From positions 10,340 to 74,339 of the forward strand of contig DNOQ01000450.1 of assembly GCA_003501665.1 (NCBI GenBank): 64,000 bases of DNA. The letters run 5' to 3'. The notes below the pieces were generated by a model. It was given only the letters and a program-made list of their open reading frames with translations. It was not told where the DNA came from and did no database searches. Below, in pieces: positions 8,796 through 16,930 of this stretch. Position 1 is the stretch's first letter. Every line of letters begins with the position of its first letter. The translations under genes and the position numbers were made by a program. This DNA comes from Bacteroidales bacterium (lineage in GTDB: Bacteria > Bacteroidota > Bacteroidia > Bacteroidales > VadinHA17).

Positions 8796-10991
8796 ATGAA
8801 AAAGGACATTATTACTAAAAAAGGAATTAGCTTAGTTTCAATACTAATGCTATTCCTGAGCAATGTTGTTGTATATTCAGTTCAGGGACAGGAATCTGCT
8901 GTTGCCAAAATTGCTATTCCTGCTGAGGTGCAGATGCATATAATTGAACCCTCCCATCCCTGGAGACCACCTTTTGGTGTGAACCGGATTGGCCGATCCT
9001 TTGAAGTTATCGTGACTTTCCGGTCAAAAGAAATACCTGCAGGTGAATTCTTTCTGGCTGGTCTCCTTAATGGGAAAGAAGTATGCCGGAAAAAATTGTT
9101 GTTAACAGACAAAACTCCATTTGCAGAGATCGTGCCCCAGGACGAAGATAAAAATCATTTAACATTATTTTCTGTAAACAATCCAGGGAAAAAAGATATT
9201 GCGTTTTCAGGCAGTCCGGCAATAACTGAAAAAATAGATCAGGTGGCACTGATTTTTTCCGAAACAGGGAAAGCTCCTGTCGAATTGACAAGACAGGCAG
9301 TTACAGTGCCATCATTTGAAGCTGAAGCTGTTGCCAAACACGACAGGGTTATAAATCCTGTTGACCTTGGAACAATTCTTGTCCCTGCTAACTGGCTGCT
9401 GCTGGCAGGCGGACAAAAAGCATACGTAACCTTAGCTGTACTGAACAGAAGTCAGGATAATTTGGCTGCATGTTCCAAAATCTGGTACAATTCTGCACCT
9501 CAAAACAAAGTGATCGAGCCTTTAACATTGAATCAGGGAAACAGAGTCCAGAAAGACCTGTCACTCCCGGCATGCTCAAAGTCATTGCAAAAGGACATCC
9601 TGCATTTATCTGTTGAAAATGCTGAAGGCAAGGAATTATGGCATAAAGAAATTAAGGTGATGATTGTCCAAAACCCACCGGCATTACCGTCTTTTGGAGT
9701 TGTTAAGACGAAGTTACGATATGACAGCCCTATAATAAACATCGTCGATGGGAAGAATGTCCCCCTCAGCTATGATGAATTATGGAAACCTGAATTCGAG
9801 GATGTGGTTGTATGTTTACCCAATGGTTCCAGGTGGATTTTCTGGAGAGGTACCAGCTATATACCTGTCTGGGCAGGTAAGTATAATACATGCCTGAGTT
9901 ATGAATGGGCTGAACGGCTTTCTCCAAATGACGGATTCACTGATTGCCTTGAACCACTGATGGACAAAGAACTACGATACAGCAAAGTTGAGATTGTAGA
10001 GTCTACAAACTCCAGGATCCATATCCGGTGGAATTACCAGTCCTGTGATTTCAACTATAAAGTCAATGGAGATTTGCCGGTGGAAGATTACTATTTTTAT
10101 CCCGACGGCTTTGGCACCCGTGTTCTGACCCTGAAGTCAATTCCTGAAGCAGAATATGAAGTGTCGGAATTAATCATCCTTGCCCCCCAGGCAGCATTTC
10201 CTTTAAACTTTATGTCCCCTGATCCTGTAGATATTATCTCTGTCACTACAGGGGAGAAAGCGATAATTCATTTACCGGAAGCGGACCAGACCTGGAAAAA
10301 AATTAGTGATCCATGTGTATATCGCATCAGGCTTCACAGGGACGAACCTTTAGCAGCGATTTTCTTTAATCCTAACCTTAGTAGTAAACCGGGAGCATTT
10401 AAACCTGTTTACGAAAATGAATTCCTGGCAACTCCGGCATACTGGGGTGGCCACTGGCCACTGAGTCGAGGATTCAATACTATGTGGAATATAAATGAAT
10501 CTGTCTGGGATGGACCGTCCCATAATAGTCTGATGACGTGGGCTTCAAACAGACCCAAACCTGTCATAAGTGCTGTTACGGAAACAAAAGATGCCTTCGG
10601 CACACTTAAAACCATGAAGGTAGAGACCTGGGCATGGCTTATAGGGATGACCGATGTCAACGACGATACACTTCTGCAGATAACACAGAGTTATGCCAAA
10701 CCACCAACACTGGATGTGAGTGGTGCAATACAGGATCCGGAACATTATTCATTTGAGAGGCGGGCGATGAGACTTGTTGTGGAAAAGAAGAAAGTAAGAA
10801 TAATGATCAGACCTGACAGATGGTGTGTGAATCCTGTTTTTGAACTGCAAAATGCACCAGAACAGCTGCAGGCAGTAAAGCTTGGAGGAAAAACTCTTCA
10901 AACTGATAAATATGCGTGGGATGGAAATATATTCTGGCTGAACGCAACAATTGATCAGCCGGTAATCCTTGAGTTACTCTTCAGGGAATAA
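8796..10991 (+). CDS. Secreted protein of unknown function (731 aa)
   Basis: This is a long ORF with a signal peptide (…LVSILMLFLSNVVVYSVQGQES). No motif is recognisable to me. It has its own upstream gap and ends convergent with the amidohydrolase gene. Confidence 0.65.
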   Translation: MKKDIITKKGISLVSILMLFLSNVVVYSVQGQESAVAKIAIPAEVQMHIIEPSHPWRPPFGVNRIGRSFEVIVTFRSKEIPAGEFFLAGLLNGKEVCRKKLLLTDKTPFAEIVPQDEDKNHLTLFSVNNPGKKDIAFSGSPAITEKIDQVALIFSETGKAPVELTRQAVTVPSFEAEAVAKHDRVINPVDLGTILVPANWLLLAGGQKAYVTLAVLNRSQDNLAACSKIWYNSAPQNKVIEPLTLNQGNRVQKDLSLPACSKSLQKDILHLSVENAEGKELWHKEIKVMIVQNPPALPSFGVVKTKLRYDSPIINIVDGKNVPLSYDELWKPEFEDVVVCLPNGSRWIFWRGTSYIPVWAGKYNTCLSYEWAERLSPNDGFTDCLEPLMDKELRYSKVEIVESTNSRIHIRWNYQSCDFNYKVNGDLPVEDYYFYPDGFGTRVLTLKSIPEAEYEVSELIILAPQAAFPLNFMSPDPVDIISVTTGEKAIIHLPEADQTWKKISDPCVYRIRLHRDEPLAAIFFNPNLSSKPGAFKPVYENEFLATPAYWGGHWPLSRGFNTMWNINESVWDGPSHNSLMTWASNRPKPVISAVTETKDAFGTLKTMKVETWAWLIGMTDVNDDTLLQITQSYAKPPTLDVSGAIQDPEHYSFERRAMRLVVEKKKVRIMIRPDRWCVNPVFELQNAPEQLQAVKLGGKTLQTDKYAWDGNIFWLNATIDQPVILELLFRE

Positions 10992-11057
10992 AGTATATCA
11001 TTCTGTTTTATATCATTTCGTTTACCTGATCTACGGCCTGGGATTAATAGGATAAAA

Positions 11058-12431
11058 CTACTGAGACAGGTTAAAAAGCTCTACCGCATTATCATGAAGT
11101 ATCATTCTGGCAATATTTTTTGCCTCGGATTCAGACAGATAACAATCCTTTACCTTATCGATAAGCACTCTTGCAACAACCTGCTTGCCCATGAGAAGAT
11201 GGCTATATGCATTCTCAATATTCAGGTAATCACCTCCGAATCCCATGATCTTGGATGCAGGAACGGTTTCGATCCATTCATGCAGAAATCTTTCAGAATA
11301 CGAAGGAGAAATAACATATAACCAGCACATATCGATGTAAGCATTCGGGAAGTATTTTGCAATAGTCGTCAGCTCTGCACCATAAGGATAGCTGCCATGC
11401 ATTAAGACAAACTTCACAGTGGGATATTCCATTATCAGATTAACCAGGTGCGTAGGTTTGGAGTTCTCAATGATATTTCCGTTGCCGGTATGAAGACCCG
11501 TGTGGATCATAACCGGCAGTTTGTTATCCCTGGCAAGATCCAGAACCCTGTGCATCATAAAATCCTGGAGGGGTTTAACATCTTCAAATGTAAATGTGGT
11601 CCCATCCGGAGAACTCATTAAATCTTCAAAGACTTTTGCTGAGCTTCCCCTGCTGGTATTCTCATAATTTAGAATGCGGTTGTAGGCAAGACCGGACTTT
11701 ATTGCTACAAATCCCTTCTGTTTTGCGTCATTAAATGCGCTTCCCAGGGCCTTAATCAAATCATCAAGATTTGCAATGTCGATATTTTGTCGTTTCCCAA
11801 GCGAGGTGATCTGTTGCTTGGAATTAATGAAAATAAAACTGTCAAACCTGACTACATATCTAAATCCCTTTGTTCCGAAACTACGATCATCACTGTCCTG
11901 GATCAGGTATTCAATTTTGCATTTATCATTTACGACATGGCTTATCCAGTCAGTTTGATAAGCCTTTTTGATCTTTTCAGATAGTAGTTCAACTGTTAAT
12001 TCGTTTATATCGCTGATACCGAACAGTTTATCAGCGGCCAGCAAAGCTGCCCGGTTATATGCGGTATTTTTAGAGCTTTCCCAGTATGGTTTTAAAATAT
12101 CCCATTTTTGTTTCACAGTAAGTGAATCCTTCCTCAATTTTGCAAATAACTTTGCCGGCAATCCTGAGGATATGATATCGTCTGCAGAATAATGATGCAG
12201 CAACACCATAAAATCAAGAGCTGTTCTTTGTTTGAGACGCGTAGGGCTCATTAAATGCTCGTGAGTATCAACAACTTTCATGTCATTGATAAAATCAATA
12301 ATCCGTTGCTCATAGCCTTTTAAAGGTAATGGCCTGATCTGAACCTGTGACTTTGATAAGAGAGGACCCAATAATAACACAAAGAACAACAGAGCTTTTT
12401 TCATATTCTGGATATTTAAATTATTTCTCAA
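11058..12431 (-). CDS. Secreted metal-dependent TIM-barrel amidohydrolase-superfamily protein
   Basis: 457 aa. ...MKVVDTHEHLMSP... is an HxH-type metal site, and ...VMIHTG..., ...VLMHGSYPY... and ...GFGGD... fit the amidohydrolase fold. The more likely start is the second Met at 12404 (MKKALLFFVLLLGPLLSKSQV signal). Confidence 0.7.
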   Translation of the reverse strand: MRNNLNIQNMKKALLFFVLLLGPLLSKSQVQIRPLPLKGYEQRIIDFINDMKVVDTHEHLMSPTRLKQRTALDFMVLLHHYSADDIISSGLPAKLFAKLRKDSLTVKQKWDILKPYWESSKNTAYNRAALLAADKLFGISDINELTVELLSEKIKKAYQTDWISHVVNDKCKIEYLIQDSDDRSFGTKGFRYVVRFDSFIFINSKQQITSLGKRQNIDIANLDDLIKALGSAFNDAKQKGFVAIKSGLAYNRILNYENTSRGSSAKVFEDLMSSPDGTTFTFEDVKPLQDFMMHRVLDLARDNKLPVMIHTGLHTGNGNIIENSKPTHLVNLIMEYPTVKFVLMHGSYPYGAELTTIAKYFPNAYIDMCWLYVISPSYSERFLHEWIETVPASKIMGFGGDYLNIENAYSHLLMGKQVVARVLIDKVKDCYLSESEAKNIARMILHDNAVELFNLSQ

Positions 12432-12505
12432 TCATAATTATTTTCCATGTCTCCGGGTAATTTATTTAAGCTGCTGGTTACCGGTTGCGGTTGACTGCTC
12501 CAACC

Positions 12506-15184
12506 TTATGCCTTAAAACGTAACTTGAATGTTTTTATCTCAAATGGTTTAAGATCAAACTGAATGGTATCCCCCGTAACTTTCATCTTTATACCGGTGT
12601 CCTCTACCAGGTTGGCTTCATTGGCAGATACAATCTTTGCCATGCTCTTTAACGTTACTCCCGGTGTGGCCTCTCCTGATGCCTCGTACAACCTCACTAT
12701 GGTCGTACCTTCTTTCCCCGGTTTCATTGCCGTTATTACTACATTCGGTTTCGAAACCTCAAGCATGCCCCACACCTTCGGCAGCTTTCCTTCATGAATG
12801 CCTGACTTGCGGCAAAGCAAAGGATTGTTATACTCCAGCCCGTGACGATAAACCTCTGCCTTGCGCCAGTCACCTTCGTGCGGAACCAGCGCGTAATCAA
12901 ACTCAAGGTCCGCTCCCATCATGAGTCCCGTGTCTGATGACATACCCCTCTCATATCCCCCTCCGTAACCATACGATGCAATCCTTGCCGAGCGCATAAG
13001 TGATACCATCATCGTCGAATCACTCGTCAGGTTGCCAGGTAGGCCACGGTTAAGAACTGCCAGCCCTCTTGATCCGTCACTGTAATCAGCCCAGTTCTGG
13101 GCAGGAAATTCTATCCCGTTAGGCCGCTCTATCGACCCGAAGGGTATCTCATGTACTATCTTCCCTTCCTTTATTGTGGTCGGGAACATTACCTGGTATC
13201 TTACAAATTTCTCATTGTTCTCTATCCGTGTCTTAATGTCTATCCTCCTTAATCCCTTATATATCCTGATTGTCGTGGATAATGCCCCGTCGGCACAGAA
13301 CCTGTGCGGCGCCAGTTTGTATTCCGAATAAACCGGGCCCTGGTGTACCTTGCCCCTCTCTCCCCGGTACTCCGTGCTGAACTGATCCACATTCTCCTGC
13401 GGTACAGGCTGCTTGCGGTCATTTACAACCTGACCTGCCCTTAAATTACCGTAAAGTTCCCAGAGGTCTCCCCCGTCATACTGATGAACAACCACGTTCC
13501 CGGCCTTATAAAGTACTTCCCATTTATTCGATTTCAATCCGATACTTGTTATTGCTCCTGTTGACAGTTCAAGCTTTATCCTGTAATATTCGTTCTCCAT
13601 AACACCTTCACTGATCTCCTGGCTTGCGTTCATCTGTGATGCCGATGTCAACGGGATGACCCTGTAAACAGCCTCTCCCATTGCAGGTACTCCCCTGGCT
13701 ATGAACACGATCTTCGCATTCTTTATCCCTCCGTCACGGAAACGCTCTGCCTCAACTATCTCCACGGGAATTATCTTATTTGCCTGGTCAGCCACCTGGA
13801 TATCAACAATACCCCCTTTCTTAAAACCAACCATAGTCTCAACAACATCGTCGCGCTTCCATCCCAGAGGATTGAACACTACAACAGGTATTCCTTCACC
13901 GCTTGTATCTACCTGTGATGCCAGGTAATCAAGCCTGTCATCTACCAGCTCCTTTCCCGTGCGTGCCGAAAAATCGTACGTAAGTATGGTGTCTTCATAT
14001 ACTTGGTCTGTCATGACACCAGCCATAAGATCATGAGCCTGGTTGAATAGTGATGGCTCCCAGGCATCCCATACCTTTTCCTCAGCAGTCGGCCGCCCGA
14101 GCCAGTTGCCTATAGCACCCAGCTTCTCCGCTGTGGTGAGTAGCCTCTCAACGTTTCTCAGCTTCTGCTTCAGCTCAATACGGCTGCTGTAAGCTCCCTG
14201 GAAAATAGGATTAAGATCTCCGCTGATGACAGGCCTGTCTGTTCTTTTCTCCATAGTAGCCTCAAAATCTGTTGGCACAGCAAGTCTCAGGTTGAAAGGT
14301 TTGTCACTCAGTTTTTCAAATTTCCCGACCATAACAGGCAGGCTTTCCAGAGGCTCAGAAACGTCACATTCTGCCATACCTATGCGGTCATTTCCTTTAT
14401 ATAAATGGGACAGTGATTCAAATCTCTTTTTACAAAAGGTAATAAACTCGTCAATTTTATCAGGAGATCCCGCAAAATTGCAATACGATTGTGCAAGATA
14501 AATGGCTGATATACGGGTTCCGTCAATTCCCTCCCATAACCATTCAGAGGGTACCTTCGAGTCGGGAGCGCCACGCTGGAACCAGTATGAATTAAAACCT
14601 GCCTTTTTAAGGATCTGCGGCATCTGGGCATTGTGTCCGAATGTGTCAAGGGCCCAGCCGATGGTCACATCAACTCCCAGCTTATCCCTGAAATAACTTT
14701 TGCCATAGAGGAACTGGCGTACCATTGATTCGCCCGAAGGTATATTAGCATCAAACATAGAGTCTATCCCTCCAACTATCTGTAGCCTGCCTTCATTAAC
14801 AAATTGATAAAAAGCAGCTGCCTCTTCAGGATATCTCTCAAGAAACGGTTTTACATAACAGACCTGATCGAGTGTGAATCGATAATCCGGATAGTCATTT
14901 AATAATTTAAGTGCTGTCAGGATATTTGGCAGACCCATATCAAGATATTGCTCCCTTGTCTTGAATACCGCTCCTTCCCAGTGGGTATGAGGTATGATCC
15001 AGAATGTATCTTTTGGAGCAAGCGTTGATAACATGGATGATTCGGGATCTGTACTGCGGCCGCGTGTATAACTGCCAGATGCAAACAATTCTGTAATATT
15101 ACCCACACCTAATGTTCCCGCAGCGCCTAGAAATGCTGCATGTGATACAAACTTTCTTCTGGTAAGAAAACTTTTCTTTGTCAT
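12506..15184 (-). CDS. GH38 alpha-mannosidase with twin-arginine (Tat) signal (copy 1)
   Basis: 892 aa. It carries the Tat leader MTKKSFLTRRKFVSHAAFLGAAG. The GH38 N-terminal metal site is ...IIPHTHWEGAVF... and the nucleophile region is ...GWALDTFGHNAQMPQIL.... The long C-terminal beta-rich domains are typical of GH38. Confidence 0.9.
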   Translation of the reverse strand: MTKKSFLTRRKFVSHAAFLGAAGTLGVGNITELFASGSYTRGRSTDPESSMLSTLAPKDTFWIIPHTHWEGAVFKTREQYLDMGLPNILTALKLLNDYPDYRFTLDQVCYVKPFLERYPEEAAAFYQFVNEGRLQIVGGIDSMFDANIPSGESMVRQFLYGKSYFRDKLGVDVTIGWALDTFGHNAQMPQILKKAGFNSYWFQRGAPDSKVPSEWLWEGIDGTRISAIYLAQSYCNFAGSPDKIDEFITFCKKRFESLSHLYKGNDRIGMAECDVSEPLESLPVMVGKFEKLSDKPFNLRLAVPTDFEATMEKRTDRPVISGDLNPIFQGAYSSRIELKQKLRNVERLLTTAEKLGAIGNWLGRPTAEEKVWDAWEPSLFNQAHDLMAGVMTDQVYEDTILTYDFSARTGKELVDDRLDYLASQVDTSGEGIPVVVFNPLGWKRDDVVETMVGFKKGGIVDIQVADQANKIIPVEIVEAERFRDGGIKNAKIVFIARGVPAMGEAVYRVIPLTSASQMNASQEISEGVMENEYYRIKLELSTGAITSIGLKSNKWEVLYKAGNVVVHQYDGGDLWELYGNLRAGQVVNDRKQPVPQENVDQFSTEYRGERGKVHQGPVYSEYKLAPHRFCADGALSTTIRIYKGLRRIDIKTRIENNEKFVRYQVMFPTTIKEGKIVHEIPFGSIERPNGIEFPAQNWADYSDGSRGLAVLNRGLPGNLTSDSTMMVSLMRSARIASYGYGGGYERGMSSDTGLMMGADLEFDYALVPHEGDWRKAEVYRHGLEYNNPLLCRKSGIHEGKLPKVWGMLEVSKPNVVITAMKPGKEGTTIVRLYEASGEATPGVTLKSMAKIVSANEANLVEDTGIKMKVTGDTIQFDLKPFEIKTFKLRFKA

Positions 15185-15290
15185 AACCTTTAATTTTTTT
15201 TAAGCTAGAATTAGTAATTCAACAACAGGATTATTTAAGGAAAAAATATTGAATAGCGATCAGTTGACAAATATTATTATGAAGTCGAAT

Positions 15291-16365
15291 TTAGTAAATA
15301 ATGCGAATTAAGGGTTGAAAGTTGAATTAGTTATTATTATATAAATATTTGATTGTCAATAAAATACATTAAATATATTTGATCAAAACCTTGATAATCA
15401 ATATCATAAGACAAAAAGCGCTAACTAATGTCGATAAGCATGATTCCCAAGGCAAAAGAATTAGAACTAATTTCTATTTATCTGTATATCTGTGATATAT
15501 ATGACTCAGAGCTTAAATATCTCTGTCAGCGGTTCAGCAATAATAATGAGCCTGAATTCACTGATCAGGAGGTTATGACTATTTATCTTTATGTTATGCA
15601 AGTTGAACAACGGTTAAGGATAAAACAAATACACAGTTTCGCCAACGATTATCTTCGATCCCGGTTCCCTCTGCTCCATTCGTATGAAGCATTCAATATT
15701 AGGGTAAATCGGTTAAGTGAAGCTTTTAAGCATTTGTCTGGCTTATTATTGTCTGATTATTGTCCCTATGACTGTCAACCTGATACCAGCTTGATTGATT
15801 CACTTCCTATTATTACAAGCTCAGGGAAGCGCCCAAATGCGGTGGCAAAAGAATTGACTGATAAAGGTTTTTGCTCAACTAGAAGCATGTATTACCATGG
15901 ATCAAAACTTCATGCTTTAGCATTTTCCAGACATGGACATTTACCCTTTCCTGAAAGCATCATTGTTACTCCTGCCTCTGAAAATGACCTTAATGTGCAA
16001 AAACAATACTGGAGTGGCTTTTCTAACAGAACATTTTATGGTGACAAAATCTATTATGATGAAGATTTTTTCAATAGAATGATTCAGATGAATAACTCAA
16101 AAATGATGATCCCCCAAAAAGCTGTTAAAGGCCAAGCCATAATTATTGCTCAAAGGGATAAAGCAGCTAACAACCTTTATTCAACTGCAGTATCAAAGAT
16201 CCGCCAGCCTATTGAAGCTTTATTCAATTGTCTAATAGAAAAAACGTACATTCAAAGAGCGTCTAAGGTGCGATCTACCAGTGGTCTTATTGTCCATATA
16301 TTTGGAAGAATCGCAGCTGCTTACATATTTTCAATTTTTAACTCTTGATTCGCATTAATAATTAA
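15291..16365 (+). mobile_element. IS982-like insertion sequence (about 1.07 kb) with imperfect terminal inverted repeats
   Basis: A single transposase ORF is flanked by ttagtaaataatgcgaat (15291-15308) on the left. The reverse complement of attcgcattaataattaa (16348-16365) on the right matches it at 15 of 18 positions, with a perfect 10-nt core taatgcgaat. I could not see a target-site duplication, so the exact ends are uncertain. Confidence 0.55.
15428..16348 (+). CDS. DDE transposase, IS982-family-like
   Basis: 306 aa. The layout matches IS982-type transposases as I recall them: ...FTDQEVMTIYLY..., ...FPLLHSYEAFNIRVNRL..., ...LIDSLPI... (D), ...YYHGSKLHAL..., ...FYGDKIYY... (D), ...IRQPIEALFNCL... 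(E), ...ASKVRSTSGLIVHI.... The frame is uninterrupted. Confidence 0.7.
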   Translation: MSISMIPKAKELELISIYLYICDIYDSELKYLCQRFSNNNEPEFTDQEVMTIYLYVMQVEQRLRIKQIHSFANDYLRSRFPLLHSYEAFNIRVNRLSEAFKHLSGLLLSDYCPYDCQPDTSLIDSLPIITSSGKRPNAVAKELTDKGFCSTRSMYYHGSKLHALAFSRHGHLPFPESIIVTPASENDLNVQKQYWSGFSNRTFYGDKIYYDEDFFNRMIQMNNSKMMIPQKAVKGQAIIIAQRDKAANNLYSTAVSKIRQPIEALFNCLIEKTYIQRASKVRSTSGLIVHIFGRIAAAYIFSIFNS

Positions 16366-16855
16366 ATAAAGATAATTAAATTTGATTAAATGCAATTTGA
16401 TTTAACAGGAGATGGATAATACAAATACTTTTCACCATCCAAAAAATGCCCTGTGGTTAAGCGTGAGTGGGCTGGAAAGTATAACCCTGGATGCAGTTAA
16501 GTGTCTTTGCCTACAACATCTCGGTTATTATGCGCCAAAAGAAAGATCGAAGTTCTATCGATTGGTTTATTTCGATGCCTGCCAAAATGAGCAGTAGTGG
16601 GTATCAATCGGAACTTAAATTGGACGAAGAACATTTTTATAAAGCTGACCGGGAGGAGCTTGATATGCTCATCGAAGCAGCATAAAAACAAAGAAAGGAG
16701 GTAAATATGAGAGTCAACACGAAAGTGTATGGGCGATGTTCGTTCCATTAGCTCAAAAAAGGAAAATCTGAGGGCATTTTATTCCCAAAAGACAAAAGAT
16801 AAAAAATATTTTTGACTGGAGTTAAACCAAATTGACCATGATAAAATAGCTTTGG

Positions 16856-16863
16856 TCTTATTG
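16856..16863 (+). promoter_or_regulatory. Candidate Bacteroidota -7 promoter element (TAnnTTTG) upstream of the GH92 gene at 16931
   Basis: tagctttg at 16856-16863 lies 68 nt upstream of the ATG. A second match, tatttttg, is at 16807-16814. This is a motif match only, in AT-rich DNA. Confidence 0.25.
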
Positions 16864-16930
16864 CTGGTATAAAACCCGGCTCAAAAAAATCAATTTGGAT
16901 TTTTAAGGAATAATATAAGAAGGAATATTT

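Noticed and set aside
12432-12505. Possible hairpin ccgg(g)taa ... ttaccgg between the GH38 and amidohydrolase genes
   Set aside because: It has only 7 bp with a bulge, a ~17-nt loop and no T-tract on the relevant strand. That is not enough to call a terminator.
15281-16375. Target-site duplication flanking the IS982-like element
   Set aside because: I compared the bases just outside the proposed inverted repeats and found no convincing direct repeat. The IS boundaries therefore remain approximate.
16412-16748. Three overlapping 61-83-aa ORFs right of the IS element
   Set aside because: They are mutually overlapping in different frames and have no recognisable motifs. They are possibly remnants of disrupted sequence but are not supportable as genes.
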